From Candidatus Dojkabacteria bacterium HGW-Dojkabacteria-1 (lineage in GTDB: Bacteria; Patescibacteriota; Dojkabacteria; SC72), in contig PHAO01000001.1 in assembly GCA_002840365.1 (NCBI GenBank), positions 524,360 through 588,359 on the forward strand: a stretch of 64,000 nucleotides of DNA. The letters run 5' to 3'. This document shows positions 17,714-27,346 of the stretch, one piece after another. Position 1 is the first letter of the stretch; each line of letters begins with the position of its first letter. The translations under genes and the position numbers were made by a program. The notes beneath the pieces are model-generated. The model worked only from the letters and a program-made list of their open reading frames with translations. It was not told the DNA's origin and searched no databases.

Positions 17714-20299
17714 TTATTTCTTACCAAGTATTAATTTCGCTTCTTCATCAGATACTAGTTTTCTACTTTCTTTGATATCTTGATAGTTTACAGATATACC
17801 ATATACACCTGCTTGTACACAGTACTTTATCAAATCCCTGTTGTTCTCAGCGATAACGATTACCTGCCTAGAGGTATTTCTAGTAATATCCTTTAGAGCA
17901 TCAACTATCTTAAATGAGCTATTGATACCAAGATTGTACTTAGCATCTACTTCATCCATTCCAAAGCCCTGCATTACTCTTACTATTCTAGGCATATTTA
18001 GGACAACACCATCTATTTTTGATTCAAAGATTTCGTCAGCTAGTATTACCTCAGTAGGATTATCTATTATTGCATATATTCCAAAAGTAGAGGTTCTCCT
18101 TAAACCTGAAGCTGAAAGGCTCTTTTTGAAATCCTTCATAAAGGAACCATTCATAGGGGAGTGCATCGCTATATGAACATTTCTTTTTTTGTAAACATTT
18201 CTCACTCTTCTCACAATCATTAATACCCTCTTAAGAAGCTCTTTGTTTGCCATGTAATGGGGCAACCCATGTACTGAATTATCTATATCATGAGCTTCAA
18301 ATTCCTTTCCTCTTGTAAGTGCTCTGAATTCACCAATTGTACTTGATCCGATTGAAAGTATTACTTGATTACCCTGTGCTAAGTCAACTATTTCACAAAT
18401 CTTTTCAGATATATCTTTGGAATATTCAACAAATTTCTTGTCTTCAACAAAGGCAAGGGTATGTCTTCCTACTGAAAGTAGTATTCTATCCAAATCTACA
18501 TATACAAGACCATGAGAATTACCAACGTAATCAACCATCTCATTTACTTTCCCGGTTGGATTTACAAATACCTTTGTAGCCGAAGGGGCTAGGGACATAT
18601 CTTTTGGTATTTTCAAACCAGATGCTTCTTCTACCTTCACAGGTTCTGCTTGTACACTCCTTAACAAATCAATACCAGCTAAATCCTCCTCTTTATATGC
18701 TTCTACAACTGGATGTTGTAGGGTAGATTCCTTGCTCTCTACCTGCTCTTTGACCTCTTCACTTCTCTCTTTGTATACACTTCCGCTATTGCCATCTATC
18801 CTTACAATATCTCCATTTTTTAATATACTAGAAGCATTCTCAGTGCCAACAATAGCGGGAATATCAAACTCTCTACAAAGGATTGCGGTATCACTTGTTA
18901 CTCCACCTGTGTCCATGATTACACCACCACAGTGAACTATCAAAGCTTCCATTTCAGATGCGTATTTTTTAATAACGAGAATATCATTCTTACTAATAGC
19001 AATATCCTTATCATTTTCTAAAAGAATTACTTTTCCAACAGCTTGACCAAAACTTGCACCAATACCTGAAACAAGTAAATCCTCTTTTTTCTCTGCCATT
19101 GTTACATTTTCAACCTTTGGTTTACTTGCAACTTGATTCTTAGCAATATTGATAAGTTTTTCTGTTAAAGAAGGTGTATGCTTGTTACCTTGTACTATCT
19201 TTCTTGCATGTTCAACTGCTTTACTTTCTAACATTCCAATACCAGAGTATTTATCTATTGTCCATTTAAGAACTTCGGCCAAAGTATCAAAATCTCTATT
19301 ATCAATAACTACTGCTGGTTCATATGATTTCTCATAAAGATCCTTACTCTGAAGTATCCAAATCTTACCACCTGCTAATACCCATTCAATATTTTGTGCT
19401 AATCGAACTTTGTTCTCAACAATTAATGCAATCTTAGATATTTCTTTCAAATACTTATCTTCAACCTTCTGCCTATGACTCCAGTTATTTGAAATTCTGA
19501 TCTTTTGTACTGCAGGTTTACCATTAGTAGCACTCATCATTCTTACTTTCATCCATTCTTGAGGGGCAATTCTCTTTTCTAATATATTCAAATCTTTCTT
19601 GTTAAGAAGATATGTATCTGGAGTTAATTCTCCGAGAGAAATTGTCTCTCCTAAACCGAATACAGCCTCTATACTTAACTTGCTTGGATCTTGAGTAATA
19701 GGGTCAACAGTAAATGCGACTCCAGAGACTTCGGCTTGGACCATTCTTTGGACTACTATTGCCAATCTTACATCTGAGAGATTTATCCCCTTTGATGCCG
19801 CATATGCAACTACATCATCTGTAAAGAGTGATGCATAGATTCTCTTAATCGAATCTATTAAGTTTCTCACTCCTCTTACGTTTAATTCTGTAGAAAATAC
19901 CCCACTAAAAGATACTTCTGGGGCAGAAGGAAATACTACAGAAGATCTTACAGATACCCATGCATCAGTAAATCCTGAAAGTCTTGTATATGCAGTTACT
20001 AATTCCTCAAGAAATCCTTCTTCAAAGTCTGTTTTAGAAAAAGAAGCAACTATTTCAGATTCTTCGGGATTTCTACCTCCCTCTAACAATTTTTCAGAAT
20101 CTCTTAGAAGAGCTAAAGAGACAAATTTATCAAATACAGATGAGGAAACAACGAAATATTCTGGTATAGGGACATCCATATCTTTAAGTTGGAAAAGACT
20201 CAAACCTTTTCTTCCAACGGAGGATTCTTTTAGATTTTTAAATTGGAAATCTTCCCAATAGTAGATAGACCTGTTTATTTTCGAAGCAGTAGATGACAT
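17714..20299 (-). CDS. PEP-utilizing enzyme of the PEP synthase / pyruvate phosphate dikinase family, with the catalytic His replaced by Asp
   Basis: It has an N-terminal PPDK_N-like ATP-grasp domain and a central mobile domain 'GGVTSDTAILCREFDIPAIVG'. This aligns position for position with the GGrTSHaAIiARelGiPaVVG consensus, with D at the His position. The C-terminal barrel lacks a recognisable NDLTQ motif. Confidence 0.6.
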   Translation of the reverse strand: MSSTASKINRSIYYWEDFQFKNLKESSVGRKGLSLFQLKDMDVPIPEYFVVSSSVFDKFVSLALLRDSEKLLEGGRNPEESEIVASFSKTDFEEGFLEELVTAYTRLSGFTDAWVSVRSSVVFPSAPEVSFSGVFSTELNVRGVRNLIDSIKRIYASLFTDDVVAYAASKGINLSDVRLAIVVQRMVQAEVSGVAFTVDPITQDPSKLSIEAVFGLGETISLGELTPDTYLLNKKDLNILEKRIAPQEWMKVRMMSATNGKPAVQKIRISNNWSHRQKVEDKYLKEISKIALIVENKVRLAQNIEWVLAGGKIWILQSKDLYEKSYEPAVVIDNRDFDTLAEVLKWTIDKYSGIGMLESKAVEHARKIVQGNKHTPSLTEKLINIAKNQVASKPKVENVTMAEKKEDLLVSGIGASFGQAVGKVILLENDKDIAISKNDILVIKKYASEMEALIVHCGGVIMDTGGVTSDTAILCREFDIPAIVGTENASSILKNGDIVRIDGNSGSVYKERSEEVKEQVESKESTLQHPVVEAYKEEDLAGIDLLRSVQAEPVKVEEASGLKIPKDMSLAPSATKVFVNPTGKVNEMVDYVGNSHGLVYVDLDRILLSVGRHTLAFVEDKKFVEYSKDISEKICEIVDLAQGNQVILSIGSSTIGEFRALTRGKEFEAHDIDNSVHGLPHYMANKELLKRVLMIVRRVRNVYKKRNVHIAMHSPMNGSFMKDFKKSLSASGLRRTSTFGIYAIIDNPTEVILADEIFESKIDGVVLNMPRIVRVMQGFGMDEVDAKYNLGINSSFKIVDALKDITRNTSRQVIVIAENNRDLIKYCVQAGVYGISVNYQDIKESRKLVSDEEAKLILGKK

Positions 20300-20322
20300 T
20301 TCAAGGGCAGTTATATTAACTA

Positions 20323-21480
20323 CTAAATGCTACCTTTAGCCTTCAGTTTTTGCAAGTCTATGTAGAACTCATAGCATATACGAAGTATTACAATAGCGGG
20401 AACCGCAAGTACTGCACCCCATACTCCAAAGAGTATGAAAAAAGATGCTGCAGTAAACATGACAAAGATTGGTTTTAATCCCATAACATTTCCCATTACT
20501 TTAGGGATAATGATATTGTTCTCTATTTGTTGATATATGAAAAACAGGACAATAATAATTAATGCTGTAACAGGACCATGTATTACTAATGCTACAAATA
20601 GTGGGGGAATTGCACCAAGAGTTGCACCAAGAGTTGGTATTGCTGACATCAATGCCACGAATACTCCCATAGGGAGTGCAAATGGAACTTTTAGGACTAC
20701 AAGTATTACTCCCATCGTTATACCAGCTATTGTACTTACCAATGCTTGTCCTAATAACCATCTTCCAAGCTTATGTTCTACATCTAATATTAATTTCTTT
20801 ACTCTGTTTCTTTTTGTATCTGATGTAATCCTAATTAATCCAAGCTCTAAGATATTGTCATGATCAATTACTAGATATATAGAGAATATGATACATGCTA
20901 ATACAAGGGCTGTTGAACTAAAGAGCGCTCCAATAGTACTAGCAATATTTTCAAAACTCTCAAACATACTTAATCTTTCGATAAAGTCGGTAGTCATTTT
21001 GTTAATAAGGGTAGGATCTACTATATATCCGAAGATATTAATCTCCTCAAAATCTGAAGTTAAAGTCTTTATCCAACCTGGAATTGCTCTAATCAATCCA
21101 TCTATTTGATCTATAAAGGGTAATATTACAACAGAAATAATTGCGGTAAGCAGGATAATACCCAGGAGATATGTAAAGAAAACAGAGAGACCTTTACTCA
21201 ATTTTTTTGACATAAGATAGGAAACAATTGGTCTAGCTGCTGACATAAATACAAATCCACCGAATAGGAATATAAATACTGTTAGAAGTTGCTCACCCAA
21301 AAATGCTACCATTAGAGCTAGTACAACTAGTAATACTAATTTCCAGGAAAACTCAACCACAATAACAGGTTTAGGAGATTCTTTCTTCTGTTTATACTTC
21401 TCTATCTCTTGTAGCTCTTTAATAATATCTACTTCTTTTTCTTCAGTTTTGCGAGAATTCATATTGAATGTCTTTGACAT
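20323..21480 (-). CDS. AI-2E family (PerM/YdiK-like) membrane transporter
   Basis: The protein is a polytopic membrane protein of about 8 TM. The characteristic C-terminal motif is 'PFALPMGVFVALMSAIPTLGATLGAIPPLFVAL'. Confidence 0.6.
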   Translation of the reverse strand: MSKTFNMNSRKTEEKEVDIIKELQEIEKYKQKKESPKPVIVVEFSWKLVLLVVLALMVAFLGEQLLTVFIFLFGGFVFMSAARPIVSYLMSKKLSKGLSVFFTYLLGIILLTAIISVVILPFIDQIDGLIRAIPGWIKTLTSDFEEINIFGYIVDPTLINKMTTDFIERLSMFESFENIASTIGALFSSTALVLACIIFSIYLVIDHDNILELGLIRITSDTKRNRVKKLILDVEHKLGRWLLGQALVSTIAGITMGVILVVLKVPFALPMGVFVALMSAIPTLGATLGAIPPLFVALVIHGPVTALIIIVLFFIYQQIENNIIIPKVMGNVMGLKPIFVMFTAASFFILFGVWGAVLAVPAIVILRICYEFYIDLQKLKAKGSI

Positions 21481-21522
21481 ACTTAAAGGGTATTAATTAA
21501 TGCCTAGATTATAACATTTTAG

Positions 21523-22620
21523 CTATTTAGTATTCAATTTCCCTCGAGGGATAAGGTAAGAGGCAATAAAGGATGTAATAGGGACAATGAGAAGTATTCC
21601 TGTGCTTGCCGCAAGAGTTCTTACAATCTCCTCTGCAATTGCATCTGTTCTCAAAATATTACCTATACCACCACTGTTGTAAGTTAGAAGAATTACTAGT
21701 GCAAAACTAGAACCAGCATAAGCAATAAAGAGTGTATTAACCATTGAAGACAGATGATCCTTACCAATATTCATTGCTTGAGAAAACAGTTTCCTACTTG
21801 AAAGGGTAGGGTTTGCAAGATGTAATTCTTGAATAGATGATACTTGGCTCATTACAACATCATCTAACACACCAACAGCACCTATTAAAATACTGATAAA
21901 GAAAACTGCAGCTAAATCTATACTACCTCCAGTTTGACTAAGTAACAAAAATGCCTCTTCACTACCTGATCCATCAACACGAACCATTGAGATAAATAAT
22001 TTAGCAAGAAGAGCAACGATTACTACACCGATTAGGGTAGAAAGTACTGCGATACTACTCTTCCTATTAAACCCATGCGATACATACATTATCATAACCA
22101 ATGTAATAGATACTGTTACTACTCCAATGAGGAGTACATCTCCTCCATCCAGTATTCTTGGTATAGCCCATCCATAAAGAATCATTACTGTAAAAGCGAG
22201 ACTTAATAACGAACCAAACCCCTGTCTTTTACCAATTATGATAGCTGCTAATGCAAATATCACTACCATTATTAATATAGCTCCCTCCCTTACAAATCCT
22301 GTAATAGCCCAACTCTCATAGTCAAACCCATCGGTCATATACGTTGTATACACCCTATCTCCAATATTAAATTTTGATTTCCCATCTTCAGATAGAATAG
22401 GAATAGAAGTTCTTACACTTTCATCAGTTTCATCAATCCTGATTAAGTACTCAAAACAGGTATATCCATCATCTAATACATCAGAGCATGGAACATTAAA
22501 AACCTCCTCAACAACTCCCTTAAAAGTTTCTTCTGTTTCTTGGGCATAGATATTTAATGGAAAAAGAAACAGGAAAAGTGTAAACAATATTGTTGTAATT
22601 TTCATAAACCCATTATACAA
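21523..22620 (-). CDS. Membrane protein with a signal peptide, an extracytoplasmic N-domain and a polytopic C-terminal half, possibly of the YibE/F type
   Basis: The N-terminus 'MKITTILFTLFLFLFPLNIYAQ' is followed by multiple hydrophobic segments. The family assignment rests on topology only. Confidence 0.35.
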   Translation of the reverse strand: MYNGFMKITTILFTLFLFLFPLNIYAQETEETFKGVVEEVFNVPCSDVLDDGYTCFEYLIRIDETDESVRTSIPILSEDGKSKFNIGDRVYTTYMTDGFDYESWAITGFVREGAILIMVVIFALAAIIIGKRQGFGSLLSLAFTVMILYGWAIPRILDGGDVLLIGVVTVSITLVMIMYVSHGFNRKSSIAVLSTLIGVVIVALLAKLFISMVRVDGSGSEEAFLLLSQTGGSIDLAAVFFISILIGAVGVLDDVVMSQVSSIQELHLANPTLSSRKLFSQAMNIGKDHLSSMVNTLFIAYAGSSFALVILLTYNSGGIGNILRTDAIAEEIVRTLAASTGILLIVPITSFIASYLIPRGKLNTK

Positions 22621-22661
22621 AAAAAGAGGGGCATATGCCCCTCCTAACGAATTCTTTCTAA

Positions 22662-23588
22662 CTATCTTTCTTTCTTGTACATATATACAAAGCTAGTACC
22701 AAATGCCACAATTGCAATCAATCCAAATATTAACATTAGTTGATTACCAAAGAGAGCATCTAATTCTCCAGATGCCTGAGGAATATCTCCATCTACCACA
22801 GCATCACCATTTACATCTCCTGCAGGATTGTAAGTTACACGAATTTTTTCTTCTAATGTAATTTCATTACCCGCTTGATCTTTAATAGACATTGTAAATA
22901 CATTTCTTCCTTCCTCTAATTCAATACCTTCCAATCTAAATTCTCCTTCAGAGCTAGCTATTGTCTCATAACTAAGTATTCCTCTCTTTACAATTATTGT
23001 ACTTAAAGGTTCGGCTGTTCCTGCAATCACAAATGTCTCTTTGTTTGTTTCCTCACCATATTTGAATTCTACTGCTTCAGGATCTGGGTCTGTCCAGTCT
23101 ACAGCAGCCATTTTTACTTCACTTCTTGGTCCCATAACCCTATTTGGGAAACCTTTCACACCTGCAACATTAATTGCATATTCGCCTTCATTCTCTACTG
23201 TATATTCATATGAGAAGTTTGCTTCCCCATCAACCTTTGCACTTCCGACCTTAACATCATTAACATATACAAAGACATCGTCAAAGCCCTCAGCACTTCC
23301 TCTTATTAATATCTTGTCACCATTTGTAAGAGAAGTAACTTCACTCAATACAGGAGCCTCTAAATCAATATCGATTGCAGGCTCTTCTCTAAATCTAATA
23401 AAGGAATATATTCCGAATGCAACAAGCAATACTCCAAGACCAATAAAGATAGATCCAACAATTCTGGACATCTTTTCTTGATTCCTTTCAGGTTGCTTTA
23501 TCTCAACCTTACTTTTCATATTTTCTTGTTTCTGTTGCTTAGCAACATCTGTTTGGGCAGCACTTTTTGTATTTTTTTTCTTAGCCAC
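22662..23588 (-). CDS. Surface protein with Ig-like domains and a C-terminal cell-wall sorting-signal-like tail. It is a candidate sortase substrate.
   Basis: The C-terminus is 'GDIPQASGELDALFGNQLMLIFGLIAIVAFGTSFVYMYKKER'. That is a motif, then a 25-aa hydrophobic stretch, then a basic tail. The N-terminus is K/E-rich. The likely true start is the internal Met in 'MSRIVGSIFIGLGVLLVAFG' near 23471, which would give a signal peptide. Confidence 0.5.
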   Translation of the reverse strand: MAKKKNTKSAAQTDVAKQQKQENMKSKVEIKQPERNQEKMSRIVGSIFIGLGVLLVAFGIYSFIRFREEPAIDIDLEAPVLSEVTSLTNGDKILIRGSAEGFDDVFVYVNDVKVGSAKVDGEANFSYEYTVENEGEYAINVAGVKGFPNRVMGPRSEVKMAAVDWTDPDPEAVEFKYGEETNKETFVIAGTAEPLSTIIVKRGILSYETIASSEGEFRLEGIELEEGRNVFTMSIKDQAGNEITLEEKIRVTYNPAGDVNGDAVVDGDIPQASGELDALFGNQLMLIFGLIAIVAFGTSFVYMYKKER

Positions 23589-23678
23589 TCCAACCTATAT
23601 TAAAATTTATATACTCATATACTGATAGAATAGAATAAAATTTTACAGAGTGCAAGAAAAATATATAATATATATATT

Positions 23679-24377
23679 ATGCTCAAGAAGAAACTCTTAA
23701 AAATCTCTATTACAACAGTACTTTTGTTGTTTTTTCTCATTCCTCTTTTTGTATTTCTCATATACCCAAATTACAATCAAATTGTTGGACCTATAAAGAG
23801 ATTAAATATACAAAGAAGTACGGAAGAATTCACATTCCAAGTCCTCACTATGATATCTCCACCCAAGGACAGAGTAATGGGAATTTCAGATACAACAAGT
23901 ACAAGTGGGAGCATAGAAGAGAGTCTTGGAACAAATTTTAAACTTGAACAAAAAATTTTAGAAGAACTAAAAACAAAGATTAAGATATCCTCAATAGAGG
24001 TTGAAGGATATATCTTTGAAGGAACAGATGCAAAAACAATGGATACTGGTTTTTGGCATTTTCCAATATCACATCATCCAGGACAAAGAGGAAACTCTGT
24101 AATAATTGGGCACAGGTATGCCAAACTTCCACCGGACAAAGATACTTTTTTTAATCTAGATAAGGTAAAAATTGGTGATAGGATTACTGTCGAACAATAC
24201 AATAACTCCTTTACATACATTATCACTGATACAAAGGTCGTAGAAAAGAATGATATCTCTGTGTTACAAAACTACGATGATTACAGAATAACATTGATAA
24301 CATGTACTCCGCTTTGGACAGCAGATCAAAGACTTGTCATAATAGGAAAGCTGGACAAATTGTACAAAAACACTTAA
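23679..24377 (+). CDS. Sortase family transpeptidase
   Basis: There is an N-terminal TM anchor. The catalytic His is in 'VIIGHRY' and the catalytic Cys is in 'ITLITCTP' (TLxTC). A downstream Arg is in 'ADQRLVIIG'. Confidence 0.8.
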   Translation: MLKKKLLKISITTVLLLFFLIPLFVFLIYPNYNQIVGPIKRLNIQRSTEEFTFQVLTMISPPKDRVMGISDTTSTSGSIEESLGTNFKLEQKILEELKTKIKISSIEVEGYIFEGTDAKTMDTGFWHFPISHHPGQRGNSVIIGHRYAKLPPDKDTFFNLDKVKIGDRITVEQYNNSFTYIITDTKVVEKNDISVLQNYDDYRITLITCTPLWTADQRLVIIGKLDKLYKNT

Positions 24378-24411
24378 AATTCAATACTTTTAAATAATCT
24401 TTAGATATTTT

Positions 24412-25458
24412 TTGATGAACGACTTCTATACAAGAAAGGATGTTAATGATCATACAGTAGATATAACCATTACTATTCCAAAAGACAATTTTAAACATTC
24501 ATATGATCTTTTAGTAAAAGACTATGCAAAGGATACTGATATAAAGGGTTTTAGAAAGGGGAAAGTTCCTACAGATTTAATTAGTAATCAAATGAGAGAG
24601 GTAATAAAACTTGAGACATTTGAAAGAGTTGCTCCTCTTTACATAAATACAGCACTTAACAAGGAAAGTCTTGAGCCAATTGCTCCTCCAGAGTACACAG
24701 ATATTCCAAAACTTCTTGATGATTTAGATGTTTCTTTCACAATAAAAGTAACTTTAATGCCTAAATTTAAATTAGGAGATGTAAGTAAGATAAAGATTAA
24801 GAAAGAAAAGTTAGCAGTAGAAGAGAAGGAAGTAGAGAGTGCAGTTGAGGAGCTTAAGAATACTCAACAAACTAAAGAGAAAGATGTTAATGATAAATGG
24901 GCACAAGAGGTTGCAAAAATAATTAATGCAGAAGATGTAAAAAGTCTAAAAGATTTAAGAATAAAAATTAAGGATGCTCTACAGAAGCAGAAAGATCACT
25001 ACCAACTTCATCAATTACAAGATGAGGCATTAAGAAAAGGTATAGAGATATCAAAAATAGAAATACCCGAACCAGCTATTAAGTTTGAAGCTAGTGAAAG
25101 AGAAAAAGCCTTTGTAGAAGACATGAAAAATAGGGGAGTTAAGATTGAGGACTTCCTTAAGGCAAACAATATAACCATTGAGAAAATGAGAGAGCTCTGG
25201 ATGAAGGATGCAAAGGATGCACTTGAAGCAGACACATTTTTAAATTTGTATTCAAGAGAAAAGAGTGTAGAGATAACTGATGAAGAATTAGAAAAAAAGA
25301 TAGAAGCAATAAAGGCAAGTCAACCGAATGCTGATAAAAGTATATTTAGTAATCCTCAATGGAAAGAGTATATTAAAAATGTAGAGAGAAAAGAGAAAGG
25401 TTTTAGACTTTTTGTAGAAGAAGTCTTAGGTAAAGATTTCTTAGATGAGCATAACTAA
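24412..25458 (+). CDS. tig: Trigger factor, short form apparently lacking the PPIase domain
   Basis: The ribosome-binding signature is 'GFRKGKVP'. The gene lies immediately upstream of clpP, which is the conserved tig-clpP synteny. At 348 aa it is shorter than the roughly 430 aa that is typical. Confidence 0.7.
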   Translation: MMNDFYTRKDVNDHTVDITITIPKDNFKHSYDLLVKDYAKDTDIKGFRKGKVPTDLISNQMREVIKLETFERVAPLYINTALNKESLEPIAPPEYTDIPKLLDDLDVSFTIKVTLMPKFKLGDVSKIKIKKEKLAVEEKEVESAVEELKNTQQTKEKDVNDKWAQEVAKIINAEDVKSLKDLRIKIKDALQKQKDHYQLHQLQDEALRKGIEISKIEIPEPAIKFEASEREKAFVEDMKNRGVKIEDFLKANNITIEKMRELWMKDAKDALEADTFLNLYSREKSVEITDEELEKKIEAIKASQPNADKSIFSNPQWKEYIKNVERKEKGFRLFVEEVLGKDFLDEHN

Positions 25459-25477
25459 TATTTAAGTAAATATTACA

Positions 25478-26065
25478 ATGTCTCTTTTAATACCAATGGT
25501 TGTTGAAAAAGATAGGGAAGGAGAGAGAGCATATGATATATACTCTAGACTTTTAAAAGATAGAATCGTTTTTGTTAGTGGCCCTATAGAGACAGATATG
25601 GCTAATACTGTTGTAGCACAGCTTCTCTTTTTAGAAAAAGAGAATCCTGATGAAGATATCCAAATGTTTATTAACTCCCCAGGTGGTGTAATAAACGCAG
25701 GGATGGCAATATTAGATACAATGAACTATATCAAGTGTGATGTATCTACAATAGCGGTAGGTTTAGCAGCATCGATGGGTTCATTCTTGCTAGCACATGG
25801 TACAAAAGGTAAAAGATATGCATTACCAAATAGCAAGATACATATTCATCAGCCACTTGGTGGAGTAGAAGGACAAGCTAGTGATATAGCAATTGAAGCT
25901 CAAGAGATATTAAAGATAAGAGAGAAGCTTTACAAAATGTTAGCTAAGCAAACAGGGCAGAGTATGAAACAAATAGAGAAAGATGCAGATAGGGACAAAT
26001 ACTTTACAGCTGATGAAGCAAAAGAGTATGGTTTAGTAGATAAAGTTATTACAAAAAGAGAATAA
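25478..26065 (+). CDS. clpP: ATP-dependent Clp protease proteolytic subunit
   Basis: The Ser motif is '[11 protein letters not shown]' and the His motif is 'IHQPLGG'. The Asp region is 'DIAIEAQEI'. The N-terminus '[25 protein letters not shown]' is present. Confidence 0.9.
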   Translation: MSLLIPMVVEKDREGERAYDIYSRLLKDRIVFVSGPIETDMANTVVAQLLFLEKENPDEDIQMFINSPGGVINAGMAILDTMNYIKCDVSTIAVGLAASMGSFLLAHGTKGKRYALPNSKIHIHQPLGGVEGQASDIAIEAQEILKIREKLYKMLAKQTGQSMKQIEKDADRDKYFTADEAKEYGLVDKVITKRE

Positions 26066-26568
26066 TGTTTAGGTCAACAGATCCAATACATGATAATGCA
26101 AGAGAAAGAGCAATTGAGTTTGTACGTTCCCAAATTATTAACATGATTGAAAATGGGGATGAGGGAGATGTCGTAGATGCAATAGTTCAAGAGATTTCTC
26201 TAAGCGATATCTACACATATATGACCTATCTTAAAACAGATCAAAGTCTTCCCTTTAAATTACCATTAATAAGGTATGCAAATATAACAGATGAGAATCA
26301 ATATGCAATGGTTTGTGATTATGTAAGTGCATATAGAACAGAACTTCCGCCTAGAGATATGAGAAGGGTATACTTTATTGAGACTGCAGATTTCGCGATT
26401 ACCTTTATTCCTATACAATTAGATGGGGAGGAGATAAATATTCATATAGAGCCTCTTGATTGTTCTCCTGACTTTATACTTGAGATGTGGGATAAAGTTA
26501 GCAATCCAAAAAGTCTAGATGATATTGAGTGGGTTAAATTTGATAATATAGATGGTGAGGGCGATTAG
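26065..26568 (+). CDS. Hypothetical acidic protein sitting in the usual clpX position, translationally coupled to clpP
   Basis: The start overlaps the clpP stop as TAATG. No recognisable motifs were found. The 3' end overlaps the tRNA-Val 5' end by about 10 nt. Confidence 0.4.
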   Translation: MFRSTDPIHDNARERAIEFVRSQIINMIENGDEGDVVDAIVQEISLSDIYTYMTYLKTDQSLPFKLPLIRYANITDENQYAMVCDYVSAYRTELPPRDMRRVYFIETADFAITFIPIQLDGEEINIHIEPLDCSPDFILEMWDKVSNPKSLDDIEWVKFDNIDGEGD

Positions 26569-26635
26569 CTCAGCTGGTTAGAGCATCACATTGACATTGT
26601 GAAGGTCACAGGTTCGAGTCCCGTATCGCCCACCA
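26559..26635 (+). tRNA. tRNA-Val (anticodon GAC)
   Basis: The acceptor stem is GGGCGAT/ATCGCCC. The D-arm is GCTC-AGCTGGTTA-GAGC. The anticodon stem-loop is TCACA-TTGACAT-TGTGA, with GAC at positions 34-36. The T-loop is TTCGAGT. The discriminator is A, followed by an encoded CCA. Confidence 0.85.
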
Positions 26636-26684
26636 CTTTCCACCAATATTGTATAATTCTTTATTAATATATTTTTTTGTTTAT

Positions 26685-26966
26685 ATGGACGAACTTCAAC
26701 TTAAAGTTAAGAAGATGTACAAAGATAATGGATGAGATACCGCTCCTGAATTATTACTTATCGCTATGCAAGAAGAATTGGGAGAAATAAGTGGAAGATT
26801 TTTAGCAGAACACCCAGGATACAAAAAAAGTCTTGGTGATACCGATCCTATTCCAGAAGAGATTGGAGATTTAATCACACTGATATTTGCATTTTGTAAT
26901 AAAATGGATATTAATCCAGAGGAGTGGGTTAACAACACTATTCAGAAAAGAAGTAAACAAGGGTAG
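26685..26966 (+). pseudogene. MazG-like nucleotide pyrophosphohydrolase domain ORF interrupted by an in-frame TGA at 26733-26735
   Basis: The in-frame translation is 'MDELQLKVKKMYKDNG*DTAPELLLIAMQEELGEISGRF...EEIGDLITLIFAFCNKMDINPEEWVNNTIQKR'. The EExGE and E..GD MazG motifs are present. The TGA falls where MazG-like proteins carry a conserved Trp (..RgW..). Confidence 0.5.
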
Positions 26967-26971
26967 CTCTA

Positions 26972-27008
26972 TTTTTAAGTTTCATGCCAGAAAGTGTAGC
27001 CTACCATT
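26972..27008 (+). repeat. Copy A of a 37-nt direct repeat (TTTTTAAGTTtCATGCcaGAAAGTgTAGCCtACCATT) that is related to the tRNA-Val 3' end
   Basis: This is the first of three copies. In place of the tRNA's 13-nt 3' end gTATCGCCCACCA (itself present exactly in copy B) this copy carries the diverged gTGTAGCCTACCA. Confidence 0.7.
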
Positions 27009-27110
27009 TCCCTTAATATCTTGATTTAACAACAGATTTTATATACAATAAAGTGCTGAAGTAGCTATGCTACGTTCTTTCAAAACTGGGTCCAAAGAAA
27101 GGAGATTACC

Positions 27111-27332
27111 ATGGGTCCCAAAGATCGCAAAACCGTTGAACGAGAAGATAAAGATGGCTGGAAGCATAGCACCACCTATGACCCTGAAACCAATAATCGC
27201 TGGAGTGTAGATTATAAAGATACAGGTCTTGGTGGAGTCGGGTCAAACTGGTTTGAAGTTAAAAATGCACATCACACAGATCAGGATGACAACACCCATG
27301 ACGACAATGTTCGTTTTGGAGAATCTACTTAG
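27111..27332 (+). CDS. Hypothetical small hydrophilic protein (73 aa) in a GC-rich foreign-looking segment
   Basis: An AAAGGAGA ribosome-binding site lies upstream and a strong hairpin follows the ORF. Local G+C is clearly higher than the window average. Confidence 0.3.
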   Translation: MGPKDRKTVEREDKDGWKHSTTYDPETNNRWSVDYKDTGLGGVGSNWFEVKNAHHTDQDDNTHDDNVRFGEST

Positions 27333-27346
27333 TTTTCTTTTTACCC

